A DNA stretch of 62,594 nt, counting the filler, from Collodictyon triciliatum (Eukaryota), in assembly GCA_043381765.1 (NCBI GenBank). It is 2 parts of 2 records of this genome, joined end to end, with 100 filler letters (N's around TTAATTAATTAA, not from the genome) between each part and the next. Parts side by side here need not be neighbours in the genome. Positions count along the whole stretch, not along the records: positions 31,169 to 62,594 come from JBHJMP010000930.1; 1 more part is not named here. One strand, 5' to 3'. Numbering within the stretch: position 1 is the first letter of the stretch; each line of letters opens with the position of its first letter. Positions 39,801-53,161 of the stretch are shown here, piece by piece. The position numbers and the translations under genes are program-made. The notes below the pieces were generated by a model. It was not told the DNA's origin. It was given only the letters and a program-made list of their open reading frames with translations, and did not search any database.

Positions 39801-42242
39801 ACTGATGGATGATAGGTTCTCCAATTTCAGCACTTTATATACTTGAGAGAGTTGCAATAAGATGCGTGACATGGCTGCCTGTATTTAAATTAGTGTAAAA
39901 CAGTTGAGTGGGACTTCGGGTAAAAACGCGGGTGGTGTGCATTGATGTGACTTGATACATTTTGGTTACCTTTTGAATGGGCTTTAAGAACTTAGAGAAA
40001 GAGCTGTTTGCCGAAATGAATTCAAAGATGGGCGCAAGCTTTTCTGAGAGTTCTAGCGGTTGGAACTCAGTCTGCGTAGTGAATAAAAAAATTAACATGA
40101 AATTTTCTTCAGGAAGTCACGTGTTTACTGATAAGTAGTAGAGTTGTACAAGAAAGAAACGCACCTCAAGTAAGCGGAAAATGTCCTTAAGTTCGCTGAT
40201 AACATAACCTTGCATGTTACGGGCAATGTTGACGATGGTCGAGATTAAGTCTCTCAGATGAGGGATACTGAAAAGTGTGGCGGTTTTCCTAGAGGTAACG
40301 ATAATATCATCAAGATGCAATATATGTACATGCGATATGTTTTGAGAGGATAATTGTTTGAAGGTGACAAAGAATGCAAATGCGAATCTGGCGCATGATT
40401 ACCCAGTCAAGTCGCTCGTAGTAGTTTTTGCCTGCAACTGGAAGCCCAGTAGAGAGGCGAGCTTGATATTCCTATCCTTCTCAACATCAAGTTCGAATGT
40501 GCGCTCTTCGGACATACGCTCTTCAACTGGGATACTGAGGGCTGAGAGTACCACAGTGGATGCAATCTGAGCCAGTTCTGCGTTACTGGTGTCCTTTTTG
40601 AAGTTCTTGGTAAGGCTGAAGAGACGGTACCACGCGTGGGCATGGAACAAATGGTTCTCTGAGACCCAGAAAATCTGGGTAAGGTAGTTGTAGTACTGGT
40701 TCATGAGCTTTGGCTTCGGGGCTCTCTTAGCCATATTCAGTAAGGTGTGAGCATCTTCAGCAGTTTTGTATGCTTCCTAACGACGGATGAAACATAAAGA
40801 AATCTTCAATCCAGGAGCCAACATATTTCATACTTTGATCCATTGAATGAAATGTCAACGTTTTCTATGCAGAAATGCCGGAAAATTACAGCTTATTTGA
40901 ACTGCTTACCTGCCATAAACCGAGCTCTGTAGCAACACCCAGCTGTGAGAACCTAACTTCAAGGGCCATCTCCATACTTTCGGGGTTATTCAAGTTGACT
41001 GATTGGGCAGAGCCCATGTATTTACTGTAAGGGGAATAAACCATGAGTATCCTCATTCCATTTGGTAAATTTGTTCATTGATACTTATTGTGCCGAAAAG
41101 GGTAGGATTCATAAGATAAAGGCAAATATATTGGTAATTACATGCTGAGACTGAGATGCAGGCGCAGAGATTCGCTCAGTCTGCGGAACTCGGTAGCTCT
41201 TTTGAAGTCTTTACAGAACTCCAGAGATTGTTGGGCAGTAAACTAGAAATATGCTCCAATTAATAAACCATGTACTTATGTGCAGAGTTGTTGAAATATG
41301 CTTCTCTCACTTTGCCACAATGGCACACGCGAAATTATACATATGTAATGACGAGCCCAGTAGAAACAATTCACCTGATAAAGCTTTTCAAATTTCTGGT
41401 TGGAGCGGGATAAATCGAGAACAGCTCGCAGAGATTCCCACCAAAAACGAAGCCACGGAGTAGCACCCTCACGGTCCCCCTTATCGCCAGCATCCCCACC
41501 AAATGCCTCTCCGCCTTCGTCTTCGAGATCTTCGATGGCGTCCAAACTGAACTGAAGTCTTTCACGCTCATTGGTGGCTTTTGTACTGCAGAGCTAGAGA
41601 TATGGTCATAGTTATGAAACCTGAGTGAAAACGAAAAAAAGGTTGTTGTTGCTTCTCCAAAGCAGGTAAAAAAACACAGCTGTGTTATGTATTTGCTATT
41701 CCTATGGACATCCGCCATAATAGCGCATCAAAGAGAAATATCAGCTAAAGAACATGTGAGATCTGTTGGGGCAATTACCTCCAAGAAAGTCTTCGCAACA
41801 TGATCAAAGGACTCAGAATTGTTTTGGGAGCACACAGTGCGGAAAAACTGAAGCCCATCTCTGGCTATATTTCCCCGGCGAAGTTGGACGCAGAGCTTCA
41901 CATGGGTCAACATAATGTCTTCGAGTCCCAACGACCAGACACGCAGTACGCGGGCAGACATGAATTCGTGCAGAATGGAGAGGGCCTGGCTCCTTTGTTT
42001 CAGGCGGTAGAGCTCTATGGTCGCATAAAAAGAGTGTCAGCCACCCATGAGGCAGTGCATAAACTTTTTCTCCTTTCTTTGTAAGCCACAACCCTCTCGC
42101 TCCACAGCCCCACCAACGAAACTGTTTTCGGCATGGAGGGACTGCGAGACAAAAGCAAGTCGCAGACCAGCAGCCCAACTACTTGTCAAATGTGCTTACC
42201 TTGAGCTCTCTCCAAGACGGTTTCGGGCTTCAGTGTTGCCAT
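36896..42242 (-). CDS. EIF3A: Eukaryotic translation initiation factor 3 subunit A
   Basis: N-terminus MATLKPETVLERAQEL...ALSILHEF. Conserved blocks: TPWLRFWWESLRAVLDLSRSN, KRATEFRRLSESLRLHL, LELRFSQLGVATELGLWQEAYKTAEDAH, LTQIFWVSENHLFHAHAW. Also the PCI-domain end (GRVDH), a charged coiled coil, and an R/G/D-rich tail ending DNSDNWRR*. Confidence 0.95.
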
Positions 42243-43195
42243 CGGTGGTTGTTTCCTATAAGAGAGTTCCCCAAGGTCAGTTTCTCTGTGTGTTGGGGCA
42301 ACCGCACTCTCTCGGGTTGATACGAGTCACATTGAGGAAGGAATTTGTCGACCCCTTTAGATTGGTTGAGGTTTCTCTGATCTTCAACCGATCCATTGAG
42401 GCTAGTCAGACTTGGATATGTGGTCAGATCGATCGTGCGGGAGAGGTTTCGAGCTCGCGGTTCGTGTTGTTGCAGGATCAAAGTCACAGCTCGACGCTTG
42501 ATAAGTTCAAGTAATTGCCTGCCAACAACACATCAAACTTCTCGATCTAATGAATAATCACCTGCGCCTTCCGTGTGATGCGCGCGACACACTTTGAGCA
42601 CGATACTTCCCAATATGAAAATATCGCGAAAAAAGGCCACAGGTGCGCAGGATGTATGGTACAATTATCGCAGTGCGTGGGAAAAAATATTAATTTGGGA
42701 AATTTCGAATGATGAACCTATAAAATATTATATAAGCATACAAATATATACATATCATGTACTATCAAGGTTTTGGTCATTTAACTAAGCTGCATAGTGA
42801 TATATATTATAGATTCCACAAATATATACTCCAATTCTGTTTCCCATCACCCAAAGAGATCAAGGTCGTCGGAAGCCTGATCGCACTTTTGTTAAGCTGC
42901 GAGTGGTTCTTTTCATGAGTCTTAGGGAACAAGATAGTGGCAGAGTTATTTCCGATTCTTAAGCTGTGCCATTCTTTTCTTCCATCCTCGGTCACCTCAG
43001 CATCCCCCCAGAATCTTTCTCTTTATTATAGCTCAAGAATGAGGCTCTAAAGGGCTAGTGTTCCTTTTCAATTATTCTTATTCTTGTTATTGCTACAAAC
43101 TTTTAGCTAGGTTAAACTGCTGTGCCTTTCATAGCCAGCACATCCCTGTTGGAAGTCTGAACGTAAAGAGCCTGGGAAATACATTATATTATTCG

Positions 43196-44415
43196 ATGGA
43201 TCCATCCGCTGAGGAACAAACAAACGGGACGGGTACAAGCCAAACTCCGGAAAGCCAAAATGACGTGAACACGGTATATGTGTCGGGTATCATTCAAACC
43301 ATAGTCACGATAAAGCATATGTGCATTATTGGTGAAAATCCCATACTGTGTGCTGCGCCATATGAACTTCCACTCTCAACCGAAGGTCTTCCCCTTGATG
43401 TGAAGCCACGAGAGTTATACCTTCTTTTCAAAGACCAGCCTGGGTACATTCGATCTGTTATCCGGCCGTATGAAAATAATGTTAGTCCTATTTTCCTTTT
43501 CCGAAATATTTGATTCATGTATTTTATTACTAACAATGCCTTCATGTTTGCCTCAAGAACGAGCCTTCTAAATTCCAAAGTTCAAAGTATGGCTCTGTTT
43601 AGCAAATGAAAGGTGAATGATTGAATTTTATAGGCGATCGCGTTTTGCACGTTTGACACGCACGACCATGCACTTGAAGCCATACAAAATTGCAATGTAC
43701 AGTATCTACTATAATTATCCAGATACATAGAGCAGGGCTGCATTGGCTCAATATATATACATATCGCTCTGTATATGATTTCTGGTTATTTTGATGTTAT
43801 TAGAATTATGCTTAAATGAATCAACCTTCGGTATTTAAAATGATAAATTATGCAGCTAGATAAACGAATAATCAACATATCCCTTGCCTAACTTTTAAAC
43901 CGATAAATAAATAATTAAAACAGGATGCTATATTTGATCCCGAAGCATCCATATCCGTGAAAGTGATGCTTGCAAAAACATCATCAAAAAGAACCAGGAG
44001 CGGTATACAATTTACAATTCGTCGATACATCATCACTATCTTTCCGCCCAATTTCGATTCATCACAATCCAGATCAAATACCAAATCTGCAAAGTAATCC
44101 AAAAGCTCCTTACATCACACTTTTTTTTTCGTGAACGAATTATAAACAATAAGAAACGTTAAATTAAAGCATTCGCATAATGGTTATCCTTTGTATCATT
44201 CATCGGTAGGTGGGTTTCAGTATAACGATAGCCATCAGTTGGAATACAGTAAGTTTAATGTTAACCGAGAACGATATTACAAACCTACAATAAGCGAGCC
44301 CAGGATATTGTCAACCATGTAGCATCATATATTCGAGAAAAATTTAAAGTTTTTTTCTTCATAATTAGGTGCCGTATACACCCCAGCAAGAGCTAAACAG
44401 TACCGCCTCACACAC

Positions 44416-44489
<74 letters not shown>

Positions 44490-45341
44490 CAGTAATTTCT
44501 CCCCATTTACTTTGCACGCACAAAACTTTAAGAAAGCTATAGGTTTGTATAGCGAGCACTTTCTTCATTCTTGCTTGTTTTTTTTTTCCATGCAGGTTGG
44601 TTCGAAACCCTCACCCGAATCCCTACACATGGATTCCATCAATGGTATGCCATCCCAATTTTAAATTATCGATAATAGTGGAACCTAAATCATTCAAACA
44701 AACGCAGACGAGATATAGAGCAGAAGTTCCGTGTGCAACTCTTTACATTTCAGGAATAAGCAGTTCTTTAACATATGAGGCCTTGATTGGGATTCTATCC
44801 CAGTAAGCGGACAACAAGCACTTTTTCTTCAACGGCGATAGTCTTTTGCGATTTATTTGTCTGAACATGTAGATATCTGAATCAGAATGTGCGTCGGTGA
44901 AGCACATTGAATTTTTCACTTTTTCAACCTTGTGAACGATTAGGTACCAGGGATTTGTCCAAGCGAACAGTTTAAAGGGACAAAATGTCGCTTTCGCAAA
45001 ATTTTCGGCAAGAGATTACTCAATTCTATATTTTGTTCTTGTGTGGCACATGGGACGAATTTTTTTTTTAAAAGAGTAATAATTAAAAATGATTTAGAGC
45101 ACCGAATATGCCCAGTCGGCAATGAGGATTCTCCAGAGCGCGTACAGCAGACAGGAACACCCTCTTTTCAAGATTGAGTAATCCGATTTATATAATGTAA
45201 AAAATAAAGGCGAGAATGGGGATTGTAAAAAAGAAGAAAAAAACAGGACATTAAATATTTCTTGACGCCTAATGAAATTCTTTCTTTTACTCTTATCACA
45301 CAAGATTTGCAAGACATGATTCCCAGGCAGCAAAAAAATAG
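43196..45341 (+). CDS. Two-RRM RNA-binding protein, RBPMS/MEC-8/couch potato-like
   Basis: RRM1: [22 protein letters not shown]...AIAFCTFDTHDHALEAI...FDPEASISVKVMLAK. RRM2: PCATLYISGI...YQGFVQANSLKGQNVAFAKFSSTEYAQSAMRILQ...KIEFAR. Stop TAG at 45339-45341. The linker exons are uncertain. Confidence 0.85.
44421..44486. repeat. (CT)n intronic microsatellite
   Basis: Dinucleotide run. Confidence 0.95.
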
Positions 45342-46793
45342 AGCCCTGATAGGAAAGTTATCCTTTTCGTCGAGTGGATCAGTCTGAATAAAAATGGGCA
45401 GCTTTTGAAAGCACAAGCATTGTGATACGGTCGATGTGTCTTTTGTTGTATGCCACCATCGCGCGAAGTGGAGTTTCGAAACCTTTGGGGAATTGGAGAT
45501 TCTTTGGATTTTCAATATTTCTCTTTTTTATTAATTACAAAATAAAGATATAAAATTTATGCTGCAAGGGCTCAATCGGAGTTACCATAGAAAAGAAAAG
45601 TTCACTATATTATAAATTCCAGAATATAAGTTTTGCATTTCATCCAAATTTATTTCCAAATCTGACAATTTATCCATTATTGGGTCATAATTGATCGCAA
45701 CAGATTTCAATCTTATGCTTAAAATAGAATCGATTTCAAGTCATATATTGCAATCGGCTTCCATTCTGGGCGACCAGATAGGCTGCCTGGTTGATTAATC
45801 AGCCCGACACAAGCGGCTTGTGCTCTGGCGGCTTTGGGAGATGAAGACATCGCTTCGGTTGCGACTGCCGCCTCGAGAACGCGTTGGAGACAAGACCGGA
45901 GCAACTCATGACTCGCACCCACACAGTATCCGCATATCTGCGCCTTTATTTATTTTATTTTATTTTATTTTTTATATTAAAAAAACGACATATGTTGGTA
46001 TTTTATGGTGGAAGCCTGTTGCTAATGGAGCGGCCGAACGAATGATGTCCTTGCTATGAGTTGTGGCCGGGTGAATTGCGATCGATTCCGGTGTTTTGTA
46101 TTTGAACTGCGTGATAGGCACCACTCGCTTGAATGATTACTCTGTTTTTTTTTTGCTGGATTCAACATACATTTGCGGACTGTTTCGTTTCTTTTTCTTT
46201 TTCTTTTTCTTTTTCTTTTTCTTCTCTTTTTTCTGTTTCTTTTCCTCAAGAAAGAACAAAAGAAAACAAAAGAAAACAAAACAAGTTCTCTGGCGAAGTT
46301 TTTTGATTGTGTTCTGCTTTGCAACCAAGCACAGTCTGTTCGGTTTGCAAAATTCTTGTCTGAAACGAGAATATTCACACGGCTTCTTTTCTTCTTCGAA
46401 TCAAGGACAAGTCCGCTTCTTTGATTTTGTCACGCCCCTTCGACGACGGCCGCACACGCTGGAAGGTTTCCCTTGCTTACATAATCATTCTCTGTCATGC
46501 ATCGAATAAAGGAAAAGAAAATCTATCATTCATTTCTCCACAAAACTTACGCTCACCGCTAGTCAAAGCCCATACTGCGTCCTGCCTACTTTTTCGATTG
46601 CCCCTTTCTTATGCTGATTTACCCTTCATTCATTTCGCATTTGGTGTTGGGACCTTACACAACTCCTTTCTCATGATGTTATCACTAAATCAATAAATAA
46701 AATAAAAAAATTAAGCAAATAGATAAAAAAAGAAAAAAGAAAAAAGAGCATATTTCCTATAATATCTCACGAGTACTTGATACCTCACTAGAC

Positions 46794-48480
46794 ATGCCAA
46801 AGTCACCAGAAGGCTCATCGCAGACCGTTGCCCATGAAGAAGGACGGCCAGGTCCTAGCCCTTGGTTCATATCTCTGGATGCAGGGCGAGTCATGCAGTC
46901 CCAGTCAGCACCGTTAATCAGTAAATTACAATTCCTTTGGAAAAACTTGTTGTTTCTAATATACCAAGGAAGGTACTTATTTGCTTCTTATCTTCACAGA
47001 TACGATGATTTCTGGTGCATTTGCCGGGTAACATAACACTCAATTTATTTTACAAATGCTATGACTTTTTTCAATTCATCTTGCTGATTGCTCAATAAAT
47101 TAAAATGTCTCTTTTCTCTTTCTTTTTCATAAAAATTTTAATTTTTTTCTTCTAATTTACTCCTCCTATCTCTCAAACCACTACAGTGGACTAGCTGATA
47201 CTGTGATGCATCCGTTTGATACGGTGAAAACTCGCCTACAGGCGCAAGTCAGGGCTCCATTTTTATATAGTGGAATGCTACATGCATTTAAAACAATTGT
47301 CCAAAAAGAGGGGATCCGAGGATTATATGGAGGTGCATATCATCATTCTGCATTTAACAATTTCACCACAAATTATTAGTTCCAAATGAAGCGTTTGACA
47401 TGTTCATGCGAAATATCAGTAGCTGGATATACCTAAATGGTTACAACATGATATATCGAATCGATGTTGATGATATTGGTATATACAGGTCTTGGTGCCA
47501 CTATGTACTCTGCTATCCCATCTACTGCCGTTTATTTTGTGGTGTACGAACGAACCAAATCATTCCTACTTTCTAATGTGCGACCTGAGTTTCACTCCTT
47601 GGTCTATTTCCTCTCTGGGGCCTCTGGCGAGGCCGTTGCTTCACTTATATCAGTACCATTAGAGGTTTTCTTCTGGATATATAACTTACTTTTTTTTCTT
47701 CTCTGGGGAGGGGGCATTGCTGTGTTGTAAATACGAACCGGTTTTTTTCTACACACTCATATGTATTAGTCTAAAATACATCTCGTCCAATAGATAATGA
47801 ATCAAAAATTTATTTTAATCTAAATAGGTCATAAAACAGAGGATGCAGCTTAAGGGACTACAATCAGACAACCCAGCATATGCATCCAAATACAAACATA
47901 CAATACACGCTCTCCTATCAATTTTACGAAAGGTATTCCCTTCGCAACGCAATCATACCCTCCTATCCTCTCCAACAATCCACTTCTTTTTTTCTTTTCT
48001 CTTGGGAATCTTTTTCATACTTCTCATTCTGACTTGCCACTCCAATAGGACGGGATTCGAGGCATCTATATCGGATACGGTGCTACCATCATGCGTGACG
48101 TGCCATTCAGTGCCGTCCAGTTCGCTGTATATGAGCAAATCAACCGGGTTATGCAATGGAGGCGTGGTTCGGGGCGGCCGTCGCAGCCATCAACACCAGA
48201 GGCAATATTCATGGGAGGGATAGCCGGAGGTATTGCAGCCGCATGCACCGCACCCTTAGACTTGGTCAAAACACGCTTACAAATCCAGGGCGAGGCATTT
48301 GGAGTTCCCCAGTACACAGGAATCAGACATGCTTTTGTAAGCATAGCAAAGCAGGAGGGATTTCGTGGGCTTTGGAAAGGGATAGCTCCCCGTGTTGTTT
48401 GGGTGGCTCCTCAAAGCGCACTGATGTTTTCGGGCTATGAGTTTATGAAATCTGTTTTTGCTTTGCGGCTGTCTCAATAA
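46794..48480 (+). CDS. Mitochondrial carrier (SLC25) protein; substrate uncertain (Mme1/SAM-carrier-like)
   Basis: Three carrier signatures PxD/ExxKxRxQ: MHPFDTVKTRLQ, VPLEVIKQRMQ, APLDLVKTRLQ. Also EGIRGLYGG, RDVPFSAVQFAVYE and EGFRGLWKG. The start codon is tentative. Confidence 0.92.
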
Positions 48481-49567
48481 ATTGTTTTTACACTTTAAGA
48501 TGGCCCCTTCTATCACCCTATTCCTCCCTCTTTTTCCTCGGTTTTTCTTCGGCCTTTCCCTTTGCTTCTCCTACTGCCACCCTTTTCACCCAGGTGAATC
48601 CCCTCGTGCAGCAGGCTTCAAACTGGTAAGTATCTTATGGAAAGCTAATCACATCCATAATCAAATAATCGAGATGTCTATTTATTAAACCCTCGGGTCC
48701 GCATGCGGCTGTTCATGAAATAGATCTAGTAGCCGATTACAGTTGAAACTATCAAAATACTTCACCTGCCTTTGCGCTATCTTTCTATATCTAACTGAAC
48801 TTTTTGGCATAATGTAGTGGCCAGTAAATCGGGTTAATAGCTAATATTACTGTTTGTTTAGATAAGCCAACAAGGGACTCGCGTTTTTTGCTTCAATAGA
48901 ATACTTTTTCCATCACAATTTTCAACCTATTGTTTGAAAAGAACACTACCCTTTTTCTTTTCTTACAGCGACAAAAAAATCTCGATATGCGCCAGGTGTT
49001 CTGTTTCTCAATGTTTCTTTATCCTTCGCCCTTTTGTCCTCGCTACACTTTGAATCGAATAAAGGAAAAAAAAATCCTTCGCCCTTTTGACTCTTTTCAT
49101 TTTATTATTATTCTACAGCTCTGCTTCGCCATATTCTCCGACATTTTGCTTTCCTTCTCTATCCCACCTTAGCCATATACATATCGCAATTCCTATCATA
49201 AACATGTTAACGACAAGCCCCTAAAGTGTCCTGTTCAGTCATCAAACCTTTTGGGCCAACCAAAGGAATCAAAACGCTATCAATCCGATAAGAACAGAAT
49301 GCCACCTAGAGATAGGTTTGATTATGCCGTGTGATAGTCATTTCTTGATTAGTTGGACGGGAATACGACTTTCAGAACTCGTTGTGTATGGATTTGTTCG
49401 AAATGAATACAATCGTGGTATTCTAAACTACCTAATATATAGTTTAGAGTACCAGAACAATTTTAGCAATTTACAGATTATAAGAGTTGCATACATTTAG
49501 GAAACTCGAACAGAGCACTCGTTGGGAGTAATTCAAGCTTGTAAATTGGTTTTATATCTCCAATCTT

Positions 49568-52500
49568 TTATGAATCATCATTCTTTGGCTGACTATCGTT
49601 GTTGAGCGCAAGTAAAGGGGGAGTAGATATGCACTCCAATAGTTGGTGGTGAAAATGAAGAACAAAAGCCTGAAACTTGGAGGCGGAGGAGTGAGTGGGA
49701 AAAAAATATCGGAAAAGGCGCTCCTAGATACCTTATATATTTTCTGCGTCTGCACGGAGTGTGATTACAACACCACGCTTAATCCTGTGGTTAGGGACAA
49801 AGGAAAAGGATGGTTCATATCAAAAGTACATCACGTAAATCAAAAAAATTGAGGATGATTCGAACAATAGAGGAAAATTGTATATAAATAGTCATGCAGG
49901 GTTATCCCCAGATGATGGAAGAAAAAATATGAAAAAAATGAAGAAAAAAAAAGAGAGTAGAGAAAGTAGAAAAAGGGTGAGATAGAGGAAATCCAACCAG
50001 TGTTTCTCAGGTTGGTCCGCAGGGAGTTGTATCGAACGAAGGAAGTTAGCAAAGCGATTTCCATCAGAATTCGGCTCGGACTCTGGGATGCCCTGGTCTT
50101 CAAACATCGGGTCCATTCTGTTCGTTACTCGCAAGACTGGGCAGTGATAGGACGGAGATGGTGGTTTGTAATCGTTTTTCAACACCGGTTTGAACCATAT
50201 CTATCAGTGTCAAGGACTTTCTCAAAGTTTATAGACAAGGATGACTTGTTCTAAGCATATCTGATAAAACATAGAGGTACTGTTCGGTATATTATAGTTG
50301 TTTAACTAAATGAAAATTAAATAAAATAAATAAGTAAATGATTTTCTTTCTTTTCTGTAGAGGATACAACAGGCATTTGCGTATGTCGGCTTTGTGAAAA
50401 CACAGTTGCCTCAGTCAACAAATTACTCGGGTCCCACGAGGCTCCACGCACATTAAGACCACTGTGTATAGTAATATATTTTAAAACAAAAGACAAAAGA
50501 CAAAAGACAAAAGACAAAAGACAAAAGACAAAAGACAAAAGACAAAAGACAAAAGACAAAAGACAAAAGACAAAAGACAAAAGACAATGACAATAATTCG
50601 TACCGCCCGTAAAATCCTGTATGTGGCGGATGGGGTGGCTCTTCGGGAAGGAACAGTTGGTCATAGGTCAGTTGGTCTACCGAAAATCCGTTGCGACTGG
50701 CATAATCCTTCAAATAATCTATTGGATGTATAACTTTTCTGTTAAAAATGTGGCTTCAAAAATTCACTTAAGTTAATAAATGATTACAGATAATAATCGC
50801 CTCGGGTCTTGTGAAAGCACTAAGCCAAAAGACAATTGGCGTTCCTCTACTGAGCCACTCTTGGAAAAAGGAGACATATGACTTCAAGTCAGTCAGGAAA
50901 CCACGGAGAGATTGGTTGTATCTAATGTTGAGAGCTCCCCACGACTAAGAAAATTATAGATGAAATCAATAGCCAGGTATGGAATTGGTGAATATGTATT
51001 CCCTTCATTGGGGTTTCTCTAGCGCGCCATATGCTTTGAGTGTAAAATAAGTGAACACATTCTTAGGATATAAGTGAATATGTGTGTATTGATATCATGT
51101 GTTTTAGACAAATTACCAAAGGTACACGGTCTTCCAGACATTTTGCCACAACATCCTGTGTATCAAAGGAAAAGACACTGGGGCATGAAAGGGAGGTTTT
51201 GATGATGCCAATAGAATGGGTGATTAAGTGAATGAGCTTGTTGATGCGGTCACACTCTTGTGAGAGAATATTTCTATGAGGCCCTTGCACGACTTTGGGT
51301 TCAGCTTCAAGAAGATTGATAGGCTTCGGGATGTACTGCTCGATGTCTGAAAAAAAATGAAAGAAAAAAAAAAGGAGGTGAGGAGCTACAGTAACAGTAA
51401 CAATAACAATAACAATAACAATAACAATAACAATAACAATAACAATAACAATAACAATAACAATAACAATAACAATAACAATAACAATAACAATAACAAC
51501 AATAATAGCAATAATAGCAATAATAGCAATAATAGCAATAATAGCAATAATAGCAATAATAGCAATAATAGCAATAATAGCAATAATAGCAATAATAGCA
51601 ATAATAGCAATAATAGCAATAATAACAATAATAACAATAGCAGCAAAACAATAATAATAACAATAGCAGCAAAACAATAACAATAATAAACAAAAAAATC
51701 ATGAGATTTACCAAGCAAGAGCTGTGACAGTTGACTTTGAATCGATACAGACTTCATTAAATGCAGTGGTGGTTTAATGTCAAACATGGTTTTGAGGAAA
51801 GCGTCAAAGCGGGAGGAAAAGTATCTAAACATAATATAATTTTGTAAGATTTTCTCGTGTGCAGTGGCATATTTAATGTAGATATTGCCGTTATCAACTT
51901 AATTGAATGTACAAACCTTTCGCCAGTCTGGCGTGCTCCTTCGTTTAACCCCAGGGCATCCATCTTATCCACGATTGGGAAGGAATCAATGTGCGTGCTG
52001 AAAAGAAGGGAATGTTTGTAAAGAATTTCCGATATTATGTCCTATCTTCTTCACACAAACAAATATAAATATAAACATAGATATGAAACAATAAAATTTG
52101 AGAAAATCAATAAATCAAAAACAATATAAATAAAAAAAAAATACCGAATAGACGCGACAGGGCCATCTCCTGGTGGGTGATAAGAAGTTGAGCCAAAGAA
52201 AGTGTACTTATCTTCCATGAGTTGGGGATTCATAAACTCCTGTAGAAGCGACTTAAGTAGTCTTTTGTCCCATCGATTCAAAACTCTGCCACCATAGATA
52301 ATCTACAATATGAGTTTAAGGTAAATAGGGTGATCCATTCAATGCTTACATATTCATGTTGAGGGATTCACTCGTACATTTCAATCAATAATGATAATTC
52401 GCTTACCTCGGCAATAAGAAATTGAAGTGTGCTATATGGGATATCTCCATGTTCGTTGAGGTACTCTCGGAGTTGTGTGATTGCAAGCTGACAAACAAAT

Positions 52501-53161
52501 CACATCAATAATAGGTCTTATACACATTCGATACTAACAGTTTTTATTTCCCCAGAAGAAGACTTCACATATAATACAGTAGAAAAAGTTACCTGCAAAT
52601 CAGTCTCTGTAAATTCATAAAGTGTTTGGAAACCAGTTTGACCGAACCAACGACGACCCATCAAAATACCGTGGAAAAAGCCCAGCGAGAAGACAAGCTT
52701 TTTGAATGGCTGAAGTAAATGGTGTTGAGTTAGAAAATTAGTGCAAACAAGATGATAATATCTATGGCGATGTAAATAATAATGATAATAAAAAGAAGCA
52801 AATTTTAATATTAGCAAATGATTACCTTGACTTTCTTGCAGGATGTAAAGAATTGGTCAGTAAGGTCTCTGAAGAGGAACGACAGAGTCGTACGGATTCC
52901 GTTTGAGGGCTCGCACCAGACTCGAATACTTCGACGTATTAAAGAGACCTACCACCAACATCGTTTAGTTTTATGTATGCATCGATTATTACATCGACAG
53001 GACGTAAATAGAGCAAAACAGCTACATAATAAGAGGGAAGAACAAGAGCAAGACATACAGAAAAGTTATCCGCAGACTCAGTTGACAACCAAAGGCGGAA
53101 ATCCTGTTTGGGTTATGGAGGATTTAAAATATAGGATTATTGAACCTTTACAAGATTGAGT
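49568..53161 (-). CDS. Dynein heavy chain, divergent, probably axonemal type; only the AAA6 end/lid and C-terminal domain are visible (5' truncated at the gap)
   Basis: DFRLWLSTE...VWCEPSNGIR; FKKLVFSLGFFHGILMGRRWFGQTGFQTLYEFTETDL; IPYSTLQFLIAEIIYGGRVLNRWDKRLL; ILSQECDRINKLI; VFWLSAFTRPEA; GLNVRGASWD; YHCPV; IQLPADQPEKHWIKRGVV. The terminal exon is tentative. Confidence 0.85.
50487..50587. repeat. (CAAAAGA)n 7-mer tandem repeat in a dynein intron
   Basis: About 14 direct copies. Confidence 0.93.
51390..51690. repeat. Compound (AATAAC)n/(AATAATAGC)n repeat in a dynein intron
   Basis: Tandem 6-mer array followed by a 9-mer array. Confidence 0.93.

Noticed and set aside
36896-42520. Intronic snoRNAs in eIF3a
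   Set aside because: No convincing paired C/D boxes with terminal stems, or H/ACA hairpins, were recognised in the introns inspected. A covariance-model search would be needed.
50487-51690. CRISPR-like or coding repeat arrays (poly-N, poly-L and poly-CY ORFs in the track)
   Set aside because: These are simple intronic micro/minisatellites with no unique spacers or cas genes. The ORFs are artefacts.
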